This document shows positions 1 to 7,629 of a stretch of DNA of 64,000 nt, one piece after another; position 1 is the stretch's first letter, and every line of letters begins with the position of its first letter. A program made the position numbers and the translations under genes. Source of the stretch: an uncultured Gemmatimonadales bacterium (lineage in GTDB: Bacteria > Gemmatimonadota > Gemmatimonadetes > Longimicrobiales > RSA9); contig CAWCUU010000001.1 in the NCBI GenBank assembly GCA_963798855.1, positions 629,689 to 693,688 of the forward strand, read 5' to 3'. The notes beneath the pieces are model-generated. The model was not told the DNA's origin and made no database searches. It saw only the letters and a list, made by a program, of their open reading frames with translations.

Positions 1-4
1 CGAG

Positions 5-1057
5 ATGACCGCCATCCTGGGGCTGAGCAGCGCGCTGACGCCGAAGATGGCGAAGGCGCTCCAGGCCGCTAAGCGGCCGAGCGTGATCTGGCTTTCCCTG
101 CAGGAGTGCACCGGGTGTACGGAGAGTGTTCTGCGCTCGGCGGAACCGACCATCGGTGATCTCGTGCTGGATCTCATCTCGCTCGACTTTCAGGAGAACC
201 TGATGGCCGCCGGCGGCTCCGCGGCGGAGAGTGCCCTGCAGTCGGCCATGAAGGACAACTACGGCAAGTACGTCCTGGTCGTGACGGGCTCGGTGCCGCT
301 GAAGGAGAACGGTATCTACCTCATGATCGGCGGCCGCACGGCCGAGACGATCCTGAAGGAGGCCGCGGCGGGCGCGGCGGCGGTCGTCGCGGTGGGTGCC
401 TGCGCCCACTGGGGCAGCGTGCAGGCGGCGCGGCCCAATCCGACGGGCGCCGTGGGCGTGAGTGAGATCGTGAAGGACCGCCCCGTCGTCAACATCGCCG
501 GGTGCCCGCCGATCGCGGACACGGTCACGGCGACGCTGGTGCACTTCCTGACCTTCGGCAGCCTGCCTGCTCTGGACGGGGATGGGCGGCCGGTGTTCGC
601 CTACGGCGCGCGCATCCACGACCAGTGCCCGCGGCGCGCGAACTTCGACGCCGGCCAGTTCGTCGAGGTCTTCGACGACGACGCGGCGAAGCGGGGCTGG
701 TGCCTGTACAAGGTGGGGTGCAAGGGACCCGCGACGTTCGCTCCCTGCCCGATCTTCCAGTGGAACACGCGCACGAGCTGGCCGATCGGCGCGGGTCACC
801 CGTGCATCGGCTGCACGGAGCGGGGCTTCTGGGATTCGATGGCGCCGTTCTACGGTCGGCTCCCGGACATTGCCGGTTTCGGAATCGAGCGTACCGCCGA
901 CACGTTCGGCGCTGCGCTGGCCATCGGTGCCACGGCGGGCGTCGCCGCGCATGCGGTCGCGACCGGCGTACACCGCGTGCGCGAACGGCGGAAGGGAGAG
1001 CTTCCTGTATTGAACGAGGCGCCGAGCCCGGAGGAGGGAGACCATGGCGCGCACTAA
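5..1057 (+). CDS. hupS: [NiFe]-hydrogenase small subunit, membrane-bound uptake type; N-terminus probably lies upstream of the window
   Basis: Proximal-cluster motif SVIWLSLQECTGCTES plus further Cys ligand patches (AGCPP, HDQCPRR, CLYKVGCKGP, HPCIGC). Hydrophobic C-terminal anchor AALAIGATAGVAAHAVATGV. The frame is open to nt 2 and no twin-arginine signal is visible. Overlaps the large-subunit gene by 14 nt. Confidence 0.93.
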   Translation: MTAILGLSSALTPKMAKALQAAKRPSVIWLSLQECTGCTESVLRSAEPTIGDLVLDLISLDFQENLMAAGGSAAESALQSAMKDNYGKYVLVVTGSVPLKENGIYLMIGGRTAETILKEAAAGAAAVVAVGACAHWGSVQAARPNPTGAVGVSEIVKDRPVVNIAGCPPIADTVTATLVHFLTFGSLPALDGDGRPVFAYGARIHDQCPRRANFDAGQFVEVFDDDAAKRGWCLYKVGCKGPATFAPCPIFQWNTRTSWPIGAGHPCIGCTERGFWDSMAPFYGRLPDIAGFGIERTADTFGAALAIGATAGVAAHAVATGVHRVRERRKGELPVLNEAPSPEEGDHGAH

Positions 1058-2759
1058 GGTCGTCGTCGACCCCATCACCCGTATCGAGGGCCATCTCCGC
1101 ATCGAGGTGCAGGCGGAGAACGGCAAGATCGCGGATGCCTGGGCCACGTCCACGCAGTTCCGCGGGATCGAGCTGATCATGAACGGCCGCGATCCCCGCG
1201 ACGCGTGGGCGTACACGCAGCGGATCTGCGGCGTCTGCACGGTCGTGCACGCCGTCGCTTCCTGCCGCGCCGTGGAGGATGCGCTGGGGATCCAGATCCC
1301 GCCGAACGCGAATCTGATCCGCAACCTCGTGCACGGGATGCAGTTCATCCAGGACCACGTGATCCACTTCTATCACCTGCACGCGCTGGACTGGGTGGAC
1401 GTCGTCAGCGCGTTGAAGGCGGATCCGGCGCAGACCGCCGCGATCGCGAAGTCGATCTCGCCGTGGCCCAACAACTCGGCCACCTACTTCAAGGAGGTGC
1501 AGGACCGCATCGCGGCCTTCGTCGCGTCGGGACAGCTCGGTATATTCACGAACGGCTACTGGGGACATCCGGCCTACAAGCTGCCGCCCGAGGTGAACCT
1601 GCTCGCGGTCGCGCACTACCTCGAGGCCCTCGACTGGCAACGGGACGTGATCCGGCTGCACACCGTGTTCGGCGGCAAGAACCCGCACCCGAACTTCCTC
1701 GTCGGCGGCATGGCCTCCGCGATCAACCTGAACGACACGGCGACGATCAATGCGGAGCGGCTCACCGACATTCAGGGCATGATCCAGCGGGCGCGCCGCT
1801 TCGTCGAGCAGGTCTACTGGCCCGACCTCGTGGCGATCGCCGGCTTCTACAAGGACTGGGCGGCGATCGGCGGCGGAACCGGCAACTACCTCGCGGTTGG
1901 CGAGTTCCCGCAGGCCGGGATCAAGGATTACGGTCAGCTCTACTTCCCGCGCGGCGTGGTCCTGAACAAGAACCTTGCGGAGGTGCTGCCCTACGACGAG
2001 CAGAAGATCAAGGAGTACATCACCCACTCCTGGTACGAATACCCCGGTGGCGACGACGTCGGGCTGCACCCGTACGAGGGCGAGACGATCCCGAAGTACA
2101 CGGGACCGCAGGCGCCCTGGACGTACCTGCAGGACCAGGAGAAGTACACCTGGATGAAGGCGCCCCGTTACGACGGGATGCCGATGGAGGTCGGACCGCT
2201 GGCTCGCATGCTGGTCGCCTACGCGTCCGGCCACGAGGAGGTACGGGCGGTCACCAACGAGGCGCTCGGTCGCCTCAACGCTCCGCCGGCCGCGTTGTTC
2301 TCGACGCTCGGTCGCACCGCCGCCCGCGGCATCGAGACGCTGCTCCTCGCCCGCAAGATGGAGGAGTGGTACGACCAGCTCGTCGCTCGCATCAAGAACG
2401 GCGACACCACGACGTTCGTCGCGGACAGCTGGCAGCCGGACAGCTGGCCCGCGCAGGCCCAGGGCTACGGCTACCTGGACGCCCCGCGCGGCGCACTCGG
2501 ACACTGGGTCCAGATCGAGAACGGCCGGATCTCGCGCTACCAGGCGGTCGTGCCGAGCACGTGGAACTGCTCGCCCAGGGACACGCAGGGGCAGCCGGGA
2601 CCGTACGAGGCTGCGCTCATGGACAACCACCCGCTGGTCGATCCGGAGCGCCCGATCGAGATCCTGCGCACCATCCACTCCTTCGATCCGTGCATGGCGT
2701 GTGGCGTCCACGTCCTCGACGCGACGGGGAAGCCGATCACGCAGGTGAGGGTGCAATGA
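1044..2759 (+). CDS. hupL: [NiFe]-hydrogenase large subunit (group 1-like)
   Basis: N-terminal RIEGH and RICGVCTVVH Ni-binding motif. C-terminal DPCMACGVH motif followed by a short cleavable tail. 571 aa. Confidence 0.97.
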   Translation: MARTKVVVDPITRIEGHLRIEVQAENGKIADAWATSTQFRGIELIMNGRDPRDAWAYTQRICGVCTVVHAVASCRAVEDALGIQIPPNANLIRNLVHGMQFIQDHVIHFYHLHALDWVDVVSALKADPAQTAAIAKSISPWPNNSATYFKEVQDRIAAFVASGQLGIFTNGYWGHPAYKLPPEVNLLAVAHYLEALDWQRDVIRLHTVFGGKNPHPNFLVGGMASAINLNDTATINAERLTDIQGMIQRARRFVEQVYWPDLVAIAGFYKDWAAIGGGTGNYLAVGEFPQAGIKDYGQLYFPRGVVLNKNLAEVLPYDEQKIKEYITHSWYEYPGGDDVGLHPYEGETIPKYTGPQAPWTYLQDQEKYTWMKAPRYDGMPMEVGPLARMLVAYASGHEEVRAVTNEALGRLNAPPAALFSTLGRTAARGIETLLLARKMEEWYDQLVARIKNGDTTTFVADSWQPDSWPAQAQGYGYLDAPRGALGHWVQIENGRISRYQAVVPSTWNCSPRDTQGQPGPYEAALMDNHPLVDPERPIEILRTIHSFDPCMACGVHVLDATGKPITQVRVQ

Positions 2760-3487
2760 GCACGCGGTCCGGACCCGCGGTCGTGGACAGGGGGGCGCCG
2801 CCCGACACCCCCGCCTACCGCTGGGTCTACCTCTGGCACTGGCCGATCCGCGCGATGCACTGGACGGCCGCCGTCTGCATCGTCGTGCTGGCGGTCACGG
2901 GCCTCTACATCGGGCGCCCGTACTTCATGACGGGAGGGGAAGCCACGCCGCGCTACATCATGGGGTGGATCCGCTTCGCGCACTTCTTCGCGGCCGGCGT
3001 GCTGGTGATGACGGCGATCATCCGCGCCTACTGGCTCATCGCCGGCAACAAGTACGAGAGGGCGCCCGCCCTCTTCCCCGTGCGCAGGCGGGACTGGGTC
3101 AACTTCGGCCGGATGATGAAGTACTACCTGATGATCCAGCCCGAGAAGGCGCCCCACTACCTGGGGCACCATCCACTGCAACAGTTCAGCTACACGCTGA
3201 TCTACATGGTCGCGGCGCTGCAGGTGGTCACCGGCTTCACGCTCTACGGGCTCTACAACCCGAGCGGCCTGTGGTATCGCCTCTTCGGCTGGGTCGGACC
3301 GCTGTTCGGCGGGGTGCAGGATGTCCGCTTCATCCACCACGTCGCGACGTGGGTGTTCCTGATCTTCATCCCCATCCACATCTACCTCGCGACGCGCTCG
3401 GACGTGATGGAGCGCGAGGGCACCATCTCCTCGATCTTCAGCGGCGGCCGCTTCGTGCGCGCCGACCACCACTACGAGGACGAGTGA
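2756..3487 (+). CDS. hupC: Ni/Fe-hydrogenase b-type cytochrome subunit
   Basis: Real start is the ATG at 2756, which overlaps the hupL stop (ATGA). The listed 1205..3487 ORF is a read-through of the same frame. About four predicted TM helices with conserved His residues (WPIRAMHW, RFAHFF, RFIHHVATW, IPIHIY), typical of HyaC/HupC. Confidence 0.9.
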   Translation: MSTRSGPAVVDRGAPPDTPAYRWVYLWHWPIRAMHWTAAVCIVVLAVTGLYIGRPYFMTGGEATPRYIMGWIRFAHFFAAGVLVMTAIIRAYWLIAGNKYERAPALFPVRRRDWVNFGRMMKYYLMIQPEKAPHYLGHHPLQQFSYTLIYMVAALQVVTGFTLYGLYNPSGLWYRLFGWVGPLFGGVQDVRFIHHVATWVFLIFIPIHIYLATRSDVMEREGTISSIFSGGRFVRADHHYEDE

Positions 3488-3491
3488 GGGC

Positions 3492-3991
3492 GTGATGGGC
3501 GGGACCGTCGTGATCGGCGTGGGCAGTCCGCTCATGGGTGATGACGGCCTCGGCCTGGTCGCGCTGGAGGTGCTGCGCGAGCGCTGGACCCTCGACCCCG
3601 CCGTCGAGCTGATCGACGGCGGGACGTGGGGCATGAATCTGCTCCCCGCGATCGAGGACGCGGATCGGCTGCTGATCCTGGATGCGATCAATCGCGACGA
3701 GGCGCCGGGCACGCTCATTACGCTCGAGCGCGAGCAGCTGCCGCGCTACTTCGAGCTGAAGATCTCGCCGCATCAGGTCGACCTGAAGGACGTACTGGGA
3801 CTCGCCGAGCTGCGCGGGACGCTGCCGGCCGAAACCGTCGCGCTCGGCGTGCAGCCGGAGCGTGTCGAGCTGGGCATCGGCCTCAGCGACACCGTCGCGT
3901 CGCGAGTGGACGTGCTGGTAGCATGGCGCTGGACCGCCTCGCGACCTGGGGGCACCGGGCCGAGCGGAGGATGCAGGCCGCCGATGCATGA
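3492..3991 (+). CDS. hupD: Hydrogenase maturation endopeptidase (HyaD/HupD/HybD family); the C-terminus seems to need a frame change near 3920
   Basis: VVIGVGSPLMGDDGLGL ... IDGGTWGMNLL ... LLILDA ... ISPHQVDL are the family motifs. After ...SRVDVLVA, the family-like C-terminus (MALDRLATWGHRAE..., stop at 3989-3991) is in the +2 frame. The original frame instead runs on, without a stop, into the HypA-like sequence. Confidence 0.8.
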
Positions 3992-4244
3992 GATGAGTCT
4001 GGCCCTCGAGGTCTGTCGCATCACCGAAGAGCACGTCGGCAGCGAGCGGCTCGGCGAGATCGTCGAGGTCGCCGTCGAGATCGGCGACGACGCCGGCGTG
4101 GAGGTCGGCAACTTCGAGTTCTGTCTGGAGGCGCTGCTGGCGAACCCGCCGTTCGGTCGAGGCAGACCCCGGATCGTGCGTTGTGCGGGAGACGTGCTGC
4201 GAGTCCACCACCTGGAGATCGACGATGGCGGTCCGGACGATTGA
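3984..4244 (+). CDS. hypA: HypA-like nickel metallochaperone lacking the zinc-finger module
   Basis: Begins MHEMSLALEV..., the N-terminal MHE nickel site of HypA. Ends ...GDVLRVHHLEIDD, like the HypA C-terminus. It is only ~86 aa, and both CxxC pairs of the Zn domain are absent. It is in-frame with the upstream protease ORF (track ORF 3492..4244). Confidence 0.6.
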   Translation: MHEMSLALEVCRITEEHVGSERLGEIVEVAVEIGDDAGVEVGNFEFCLEALLANPPFGRGRPRIVRCAGDVLRVHHLEIDDGGPDD

Positions 4245-4896
4245 CGTGCGCGAGCGGGTGATGGAGCGCAATGACGAGCTCGCGACCGAGGTGCGCGGCC
4301 TGCTGGCCCGTCACGACATCACGGCGTTCAACCTCGTCTCCTCGCCGGGCGCGGGGAAGACGCTGCTGCTAGAGCGGACGCTCGCCGCGCTCGGCGATGA
4401 GATCCGCATGGCCGTCGTCAGCGGCGACGTGCAGACGAGCAACGACGCCGAGCGGATCGCGCGTCACACGGACCAGCTGGTGCAGGCGGTCGTCACCGGC
4501 GGCGCATGCCATCTCGACGCACGCCAGATCCTGTCCGCGCTCGAAGCCATCGACCTCGATGCGACGGAACTGCTGTTCATCGAGAACGTCGGCAACCTCG
4601 TCTGCCCCGCCAGCTGGGATCTCGGCGAAGAGTCGAAAATCGTGATCTTCTCCACCACCGAGGGAGAGGACAAGCCGTCGAAGTATCCGAAGATGTTCCG
4701 CGAGTCGCGCTACGTCGTGTTGAACAAGATGGACCTGCTGCCCCACGTCGACTTCGACGTGGACCGCGCCGTCGCCCTGGCACGCGAGGTCAACCCCGAT
4801 CTCGAGTTCTTCTTCACCTCCGCTCGAACGGGTGACGGTCTCGACACGTGGTTCGACTTCCTGCGCGCGCGGCTGCGGCACCCCGTCGCTCCGTGA
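4225..4896 (+). CDS. hypB: Hydrogenase nickel-incorporation GTPase HypB
   Basis: P-loop SSPGAGKT, the ENVGNLVCP motif and NKMDL. Start chosen at the ATG at 4225 (MAVRTIDV...); the track ORF begins further upstream at 4183. No His-rich N-terminal stretch. Confidence 0.92.
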   Translation: MAVRTIDVRERVMERNDELATEVRGLLARHDITAFNLVSSPGAGKTLLLERTLAALGDEIRMAVVSGDVQTSNDAERIARHTDQLVQAVVTGGACHLDARQILSALEAIDLDATELLFIENVGNLVCPASWDLGEESKIVIFSTTEGEDKPSKYPKMFRESRYVVLNKMDLLPHVDFDVDRAVALAREVNPDLEFFFTSARTGDGLDTWFDFLRARLRHPVAP

Positions 4897-7154
4897 GCTC
4901 CACGCTGCCCGTCGCTCCGCCCAGGGGCGCCCTCGAGCTCCACGTTCGGGGCGTCGTTCAGGGCGTCGGCTTCGTCGGTCGCAGCGACGAGCGCCTTCCC
5001 GTCTCGCCCGACGTAGCGCTGTGTCCCGCGTGTGAGGCCGAGCTGTTCGACCCATCGAACCGGCGCTACCGCTACCCGTTCATCACCTGTACGGACTGCG
5101 GACCGCGCTATACCGTGATCGAGGCGATGCCGTACGACCGCGAGCGCACCAGCATGCGCGCGTTCGCCCAATGTCCGACGTGCCTCGCCGAGTATCGCGA
5201 TCCCGGCGACCGGCGCTACCACTCGGAGACGAACTCCTGTCCCGTCTGTGGCCCGAGTCTCGTGCTCGTCACCGCCGAGCGTCGCCGGATCGCCGGGGGC
5301 GACGACGCGATCGCCGCGACCGCACGCCTGCTTCGCACCGGCGCGATCGTCGCCGTGCGTGGGCTCGGCGGCTTCCATCTCGCGGTGGATGCGACCAGCG
5401 AAGTGGCCGTCGCGCGCCTGCGTCTGCTCAAGCGGCGCGAGGCGAAGCCGCTCGCGGTCATGGTGAGGACGCTCGAGGAGGCGGCCCGGCTGGTGACTGT
5501 GACCGAGCCGGACGCGGCGCTGCTCGCCTCTCCGGAGCGACCGATCGTCGTCCTCGGCGCGCTGCCGGACTCGCCACTCGCACCGTCCGTCGCGCCCGGT
5601 CTTGTCGACGTCGGCGTGATGCTGGCCTACACGCCGCTGCACCAGCTGCTCCTCGACGCGACGGCGGGTCCGCTCGTCATGACCAGCGGCAACCTGAGCG
5701 ACGAGCCGATCGCGATCGGTAACGGCGAGGCTATCGAGCGCCTCGCCTCCGTCGCGGACGCGTTCCTGATCCACGATCGCGACATCGTCGCCCGCTACGA
5801 CGACTCCGTGCTGAGGCCCGGCCCGGTCGGGCCGATCGTCCTGCGTCGCGCGCGCGGCTACGCGCCGCTGCCGCTCGACCTGCCGGTCGCGACACCCGAG
5901 CCCCTCGTCGCCGTCGGGCCCCAGCTGAAGAACACGTTTGCGCTGGCGCACGAGCGCAGCGCCTACCTGAGCCAGCACATCGGCGACCTCGAGAGCCTGG
6001 AGACGCTCGCGCACTTCCACGACACGCTCGATCGCCTCCGCATGCTGTTCGACCTGCACCCGCGCGTCGCCGTCCACGATCTACACCCCGGCTACCTCTC
6101 CACGCGCATCGCCGCGGAGCTCGGCGTGGAGCGTACGATCCCCGTCCAGCACCACCACGCGCACATCGCGGCCGTCGCCGCAGAGCACGGCGTCGCCTCG
6201 CCCGTCCTCGGCGTCGCGTTCGACGGCACCGGCTACGGCGACGACGGAAGGATCTGGGGCGCGGAGCTGCTCGTCGCCGACCTGCTCGGATACCGCCGTG
6301 TCGCGCACCTGCGCTACGCGCCTCTGCCAGGTGGCGATCTCGCCGCGCGCCAGCCGTGGCGTGCGGCGCTCGGCTTTCTCTCCCTCGAGCCCGGCACCGC
6401 GCCCGCGTTCGCACGCGCGCTCGATCCCGTCGACGAGGTCGAGCGCGACATCGCGACCGCGCAGATCGACCAGGAGCTGAACGCGCCGCTCGCCTCCTCG
6501 ATGGGCCGCCTCTTCGACGCCGCCGCCGCCGTGCTCGGCCTCCGACACCGCTCGCGCTACGAGGGCCAGGCCGCCATAGAGCTCGAGGCCCTGGCCGCCG
6601 AGCGCCCCGCATTCCCGCTGCCGTTCCCGGTCACGGCCGGCGAAGACGGTCGCCGCATCTTCGATCCGCTGCCGCTGCTCTCCGCCCTCGGCGAAGCCGC
6701 GGCCCGCGGCGACGACCCCCGCGACCTCGCCGCCCGTTTCCACGAGAGCATCGCGGCGACCACGGCCGAGCTGACCGTCGAGCTCTGCGCCGACCATCGC
6801 CTCCACACCGTCGCGCTCGGCGGCGGCGTCTTCCAGAACGCACGCCTCCTCCGCTCCCTGTACCGCCGTCTCCGCGCCGCCGGCCTCCGCGTCCTCCTAC
6901 CGCGCCAGCTCAGCCCCAACGACAGCGCCATCAGCTTCGGCCAGGCAGCGATCGCGGCGGCCATTCTGGCCGCAGGGCGAGGGCGAGGGGACGACCTAGG
7001 TCGAGGTCGAGGGCGAGGGCGAGGGCGAGGGCAAGAGGTAGGGCGCGGGCGCGGGCGAGGGCGAGGGCGCGGGCGAGGGCGAGGGCGAGGGCGAGGGCGA
7101 GGGCGAGGAGGCTCGGGGCTGAATGGCGGAGGGGAAGGCCGTGCGGAAAGATGA
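4893..7154 (+). CDS. hypF: Carbamoyltransferase HypF, with a truncated acylphosphatase domain and a C-terminal Arg-Gly repeat tail
   Basis: GTG at 4893 overlaps the hypB stop (GTGA). Only VRGVVQGVGF of the acylphosphatase domain is present, followed directly by two zinc fingers (CPACEAE...CTDCGPRY, CPTCLAEY...CPVCGPS). YrdC-like (VRGLGGFHLAVDA) and Kae1-like domains follow. The tail GRGRGRG... is encoded by the hexamer repeat at 6975-7118. Confidence 0.92.
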   Translation: MSSTLPVAPPRGALELHVRGVVQGVGFVGRSDERLPVSPDVALCPACEAELFDPSNRRYRYPFITCTDCGPRYTVIEAMPYDRERTSMRAFAQCPTCLAEYRDPGDRRYHSETNSCPVCGPSLVLVTAERRRIAGGDDAIAATARLLRTGAIVAVRGLGGFHLAVDATSEVAVARLRLLKRREAKPLAVMVRTLEEAARLVTVTEPDAALLASPERPIVVLGALPDSPLAPSVAPGLVDVGVMLAYTPLHQLLLDATAGPLVMTSGNLSDEPIAIGNGEAIERLASVADAFLIHDRDIVARYDDSVLRPGPVGPIVLRRARGYAPLPLDLPVATPEPLVAVGPQLKNTFALAHERSAYLSQHIGDLESLETLAHFHDTLDRLRMLFDLHPRVAVHDLHPGYLSTRIAAELGVERTIPVQHHHAHIAAVAAEHGVASPVLGVAFDGTGYGDDGRIWGAELLVADLLGYRRVAHLRYAPLPGGDLAARQPWRAALGFLSLEPGTAPAFARALDPVDEVERDIATAQIDQELNAPLASSMGRLFDAAAAVLGLRHRSRYEGQAAIELEALAAERPAFPLPFPVTAGEDGRRIFDPLPLLSALGEAAARGDDPRDLAARFHESIAATTAELTVELCADHRLHTVALGGGVFQNARLLRSLYRRLRAAGLRVLLPRQLSPNDSAISFGQAAIAAAILAAGRGRGDDLGRGRGRGRGRGQEVGRGRGRGRGRGRGRGRGRGRGRGGSGLNGGGEGRAER
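6975..7118 (+). repeat. Tandem G-tract hexamer repeat (GGGCGA/GGGCGC)n, in-frame in the 3' end of hypF
   Basis: Direct reading: gggcgagggcgagggg...gggcgagggcgagggcgagggcaag...gggcgcgggcgcgggcgagggcgagggcgcgggcgagggcgagggcgagggcgagggcgagggcgagg. More than 15 runs of GGG on the + strand. Confidence 0.9.
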
Positions 7155-7159
7155 CCCGG

Positions 7160-7380
7160 TCGCCCCCCGCCGCGAAGCCGGCGCCCCCCGCCGCGAAGCC
7201 GGCGGCTCCCCGCCGCGAAGCCGGCGGCTCCCCGCCGCGAAGCCGGCGGCTCCCCGCCGCGAAGCCGGCGGCCCCCCGCCGCAGGCGGCCCCGCCGTCAG
7301 GCGGCGCCCCGCCGAAAGGCGGCGCCCGGCCCCTCGCGGCCGCGCCCGGCCGCAAGGCCGCGCCCCGCCTTCAAGGCGGC
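7160..7380 (+). repeat. Tandem array of ~10 GC mini-hairpins (REP-like) immediately after the hypF stop
   Basis: Five copies of CCGCCG-CGAAGC-CGGCGG, then CCGCC-GCA-GGCGG, CCGCC-GTCA-GGCGG, CCGCC-GAAA-GGCGG, GGCC-GCAA-GGCC and CCGCC-TTCAA-GGCGG, separated by short C-rich spacers. Confidence 0.85.
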
Positions 7381-7472
7381 AGTAGGGCCTTTCCCGACCC
7401 TATCCGTAGGATATTCGTGGACAGTCTTGAAGGAGATACCATTATTTTTTCTAAAATCGCGAATATGGCTCT

Positions 7473-7488
7473 TGTGAATCGTTTCACC
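7473..7488 (+). promoter_or_regulatory. CRP/FNR-family-like binding site TGTGA-N6-TCACC in the AT-rich island upstream of the cytochrome cluster
   Basis: cTTGTGAATCGTTTCACCaa read directly. It lies in the only AT-rich stretch (about 7400-7520) for kilobases, ~140 nt upstream of the cytochrome start. Confidence 0.4.
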
Positions 7489-7629
7489 AACCTGTAAAGT
7501 GGAGTCAAACGAGCTGTAAGGACTCCGAGGCACGCCGACCGGCACCCTCTCCGGACGGCGATCGCAGCAGGTAGAGGGAGGGCCGGTGGGGTGGAACAGA
7601 ACCATTATGCCGTTGTGCCGGAGGGATCC

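Noticed and set aside
1205-2755. Upstream portions of long in-frame ORFs in the track: 1205..3487, 10959..12593, 16992..17603, 18138..18953, 18623..20431, 19045..21894, 21612..22106 and 49940..51961.
   Set aside because: Only the 3' parts have coding character and family motifs. The real starts are internal ATG/GTG codons that overlap the preceding gene's stop (ATGA/GTGA), and the upstream parts overlap other real genes in a different frame.
525-2756. 743-aa ORF on the minus strand, antisense to the hydrogenase small/large subunit genes. Similar very long antisense or off-frame ORFs occur elsewhere, e.g. 7297..9192(-), 10720..12384(-), 13068..14663(-), 22021..23931(-), 24533..26059(+), 28036..29130(+), 29815..31296(+), 38816..40741(+), 50650..52383(+), 62517..63566(-) and 63025..63933(-).
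   Set aside because: Their products are Arg/Pro/Gly/Ala/Asp-rich low-complexity sequence with no recognisable motifs. Each lies opposite or out of frame to a gene with unambiguous family signatures. Stop-codon scarcity in very GC-rich DNA explains them.
1044-2759. A [NiFeSe] or O2-tolerant (group 1d) classification of the hydrogenase.
   Set aside because: The C-terminal motif is DPCMACGVH (Cys, with no in-frame TGA), so it is not the Se type. The small-subunit proximal-cluster motif is CTGC without the supernumerary cysteines (CTCC-type) that define the O2-tolerant enzymes. Finer subgrouping needs phylogeny.
6356-7497. ORFs 6356..7477(+), 7123..7497(+) and 6996..7355(-), which encode Arg/Pro/Ala repeats.
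   Set aside because: They are translations of the hexamer repeat and the mini-hairpin array. They have no start context, no complexity, and a periodicity dictated by the DNA repeat.
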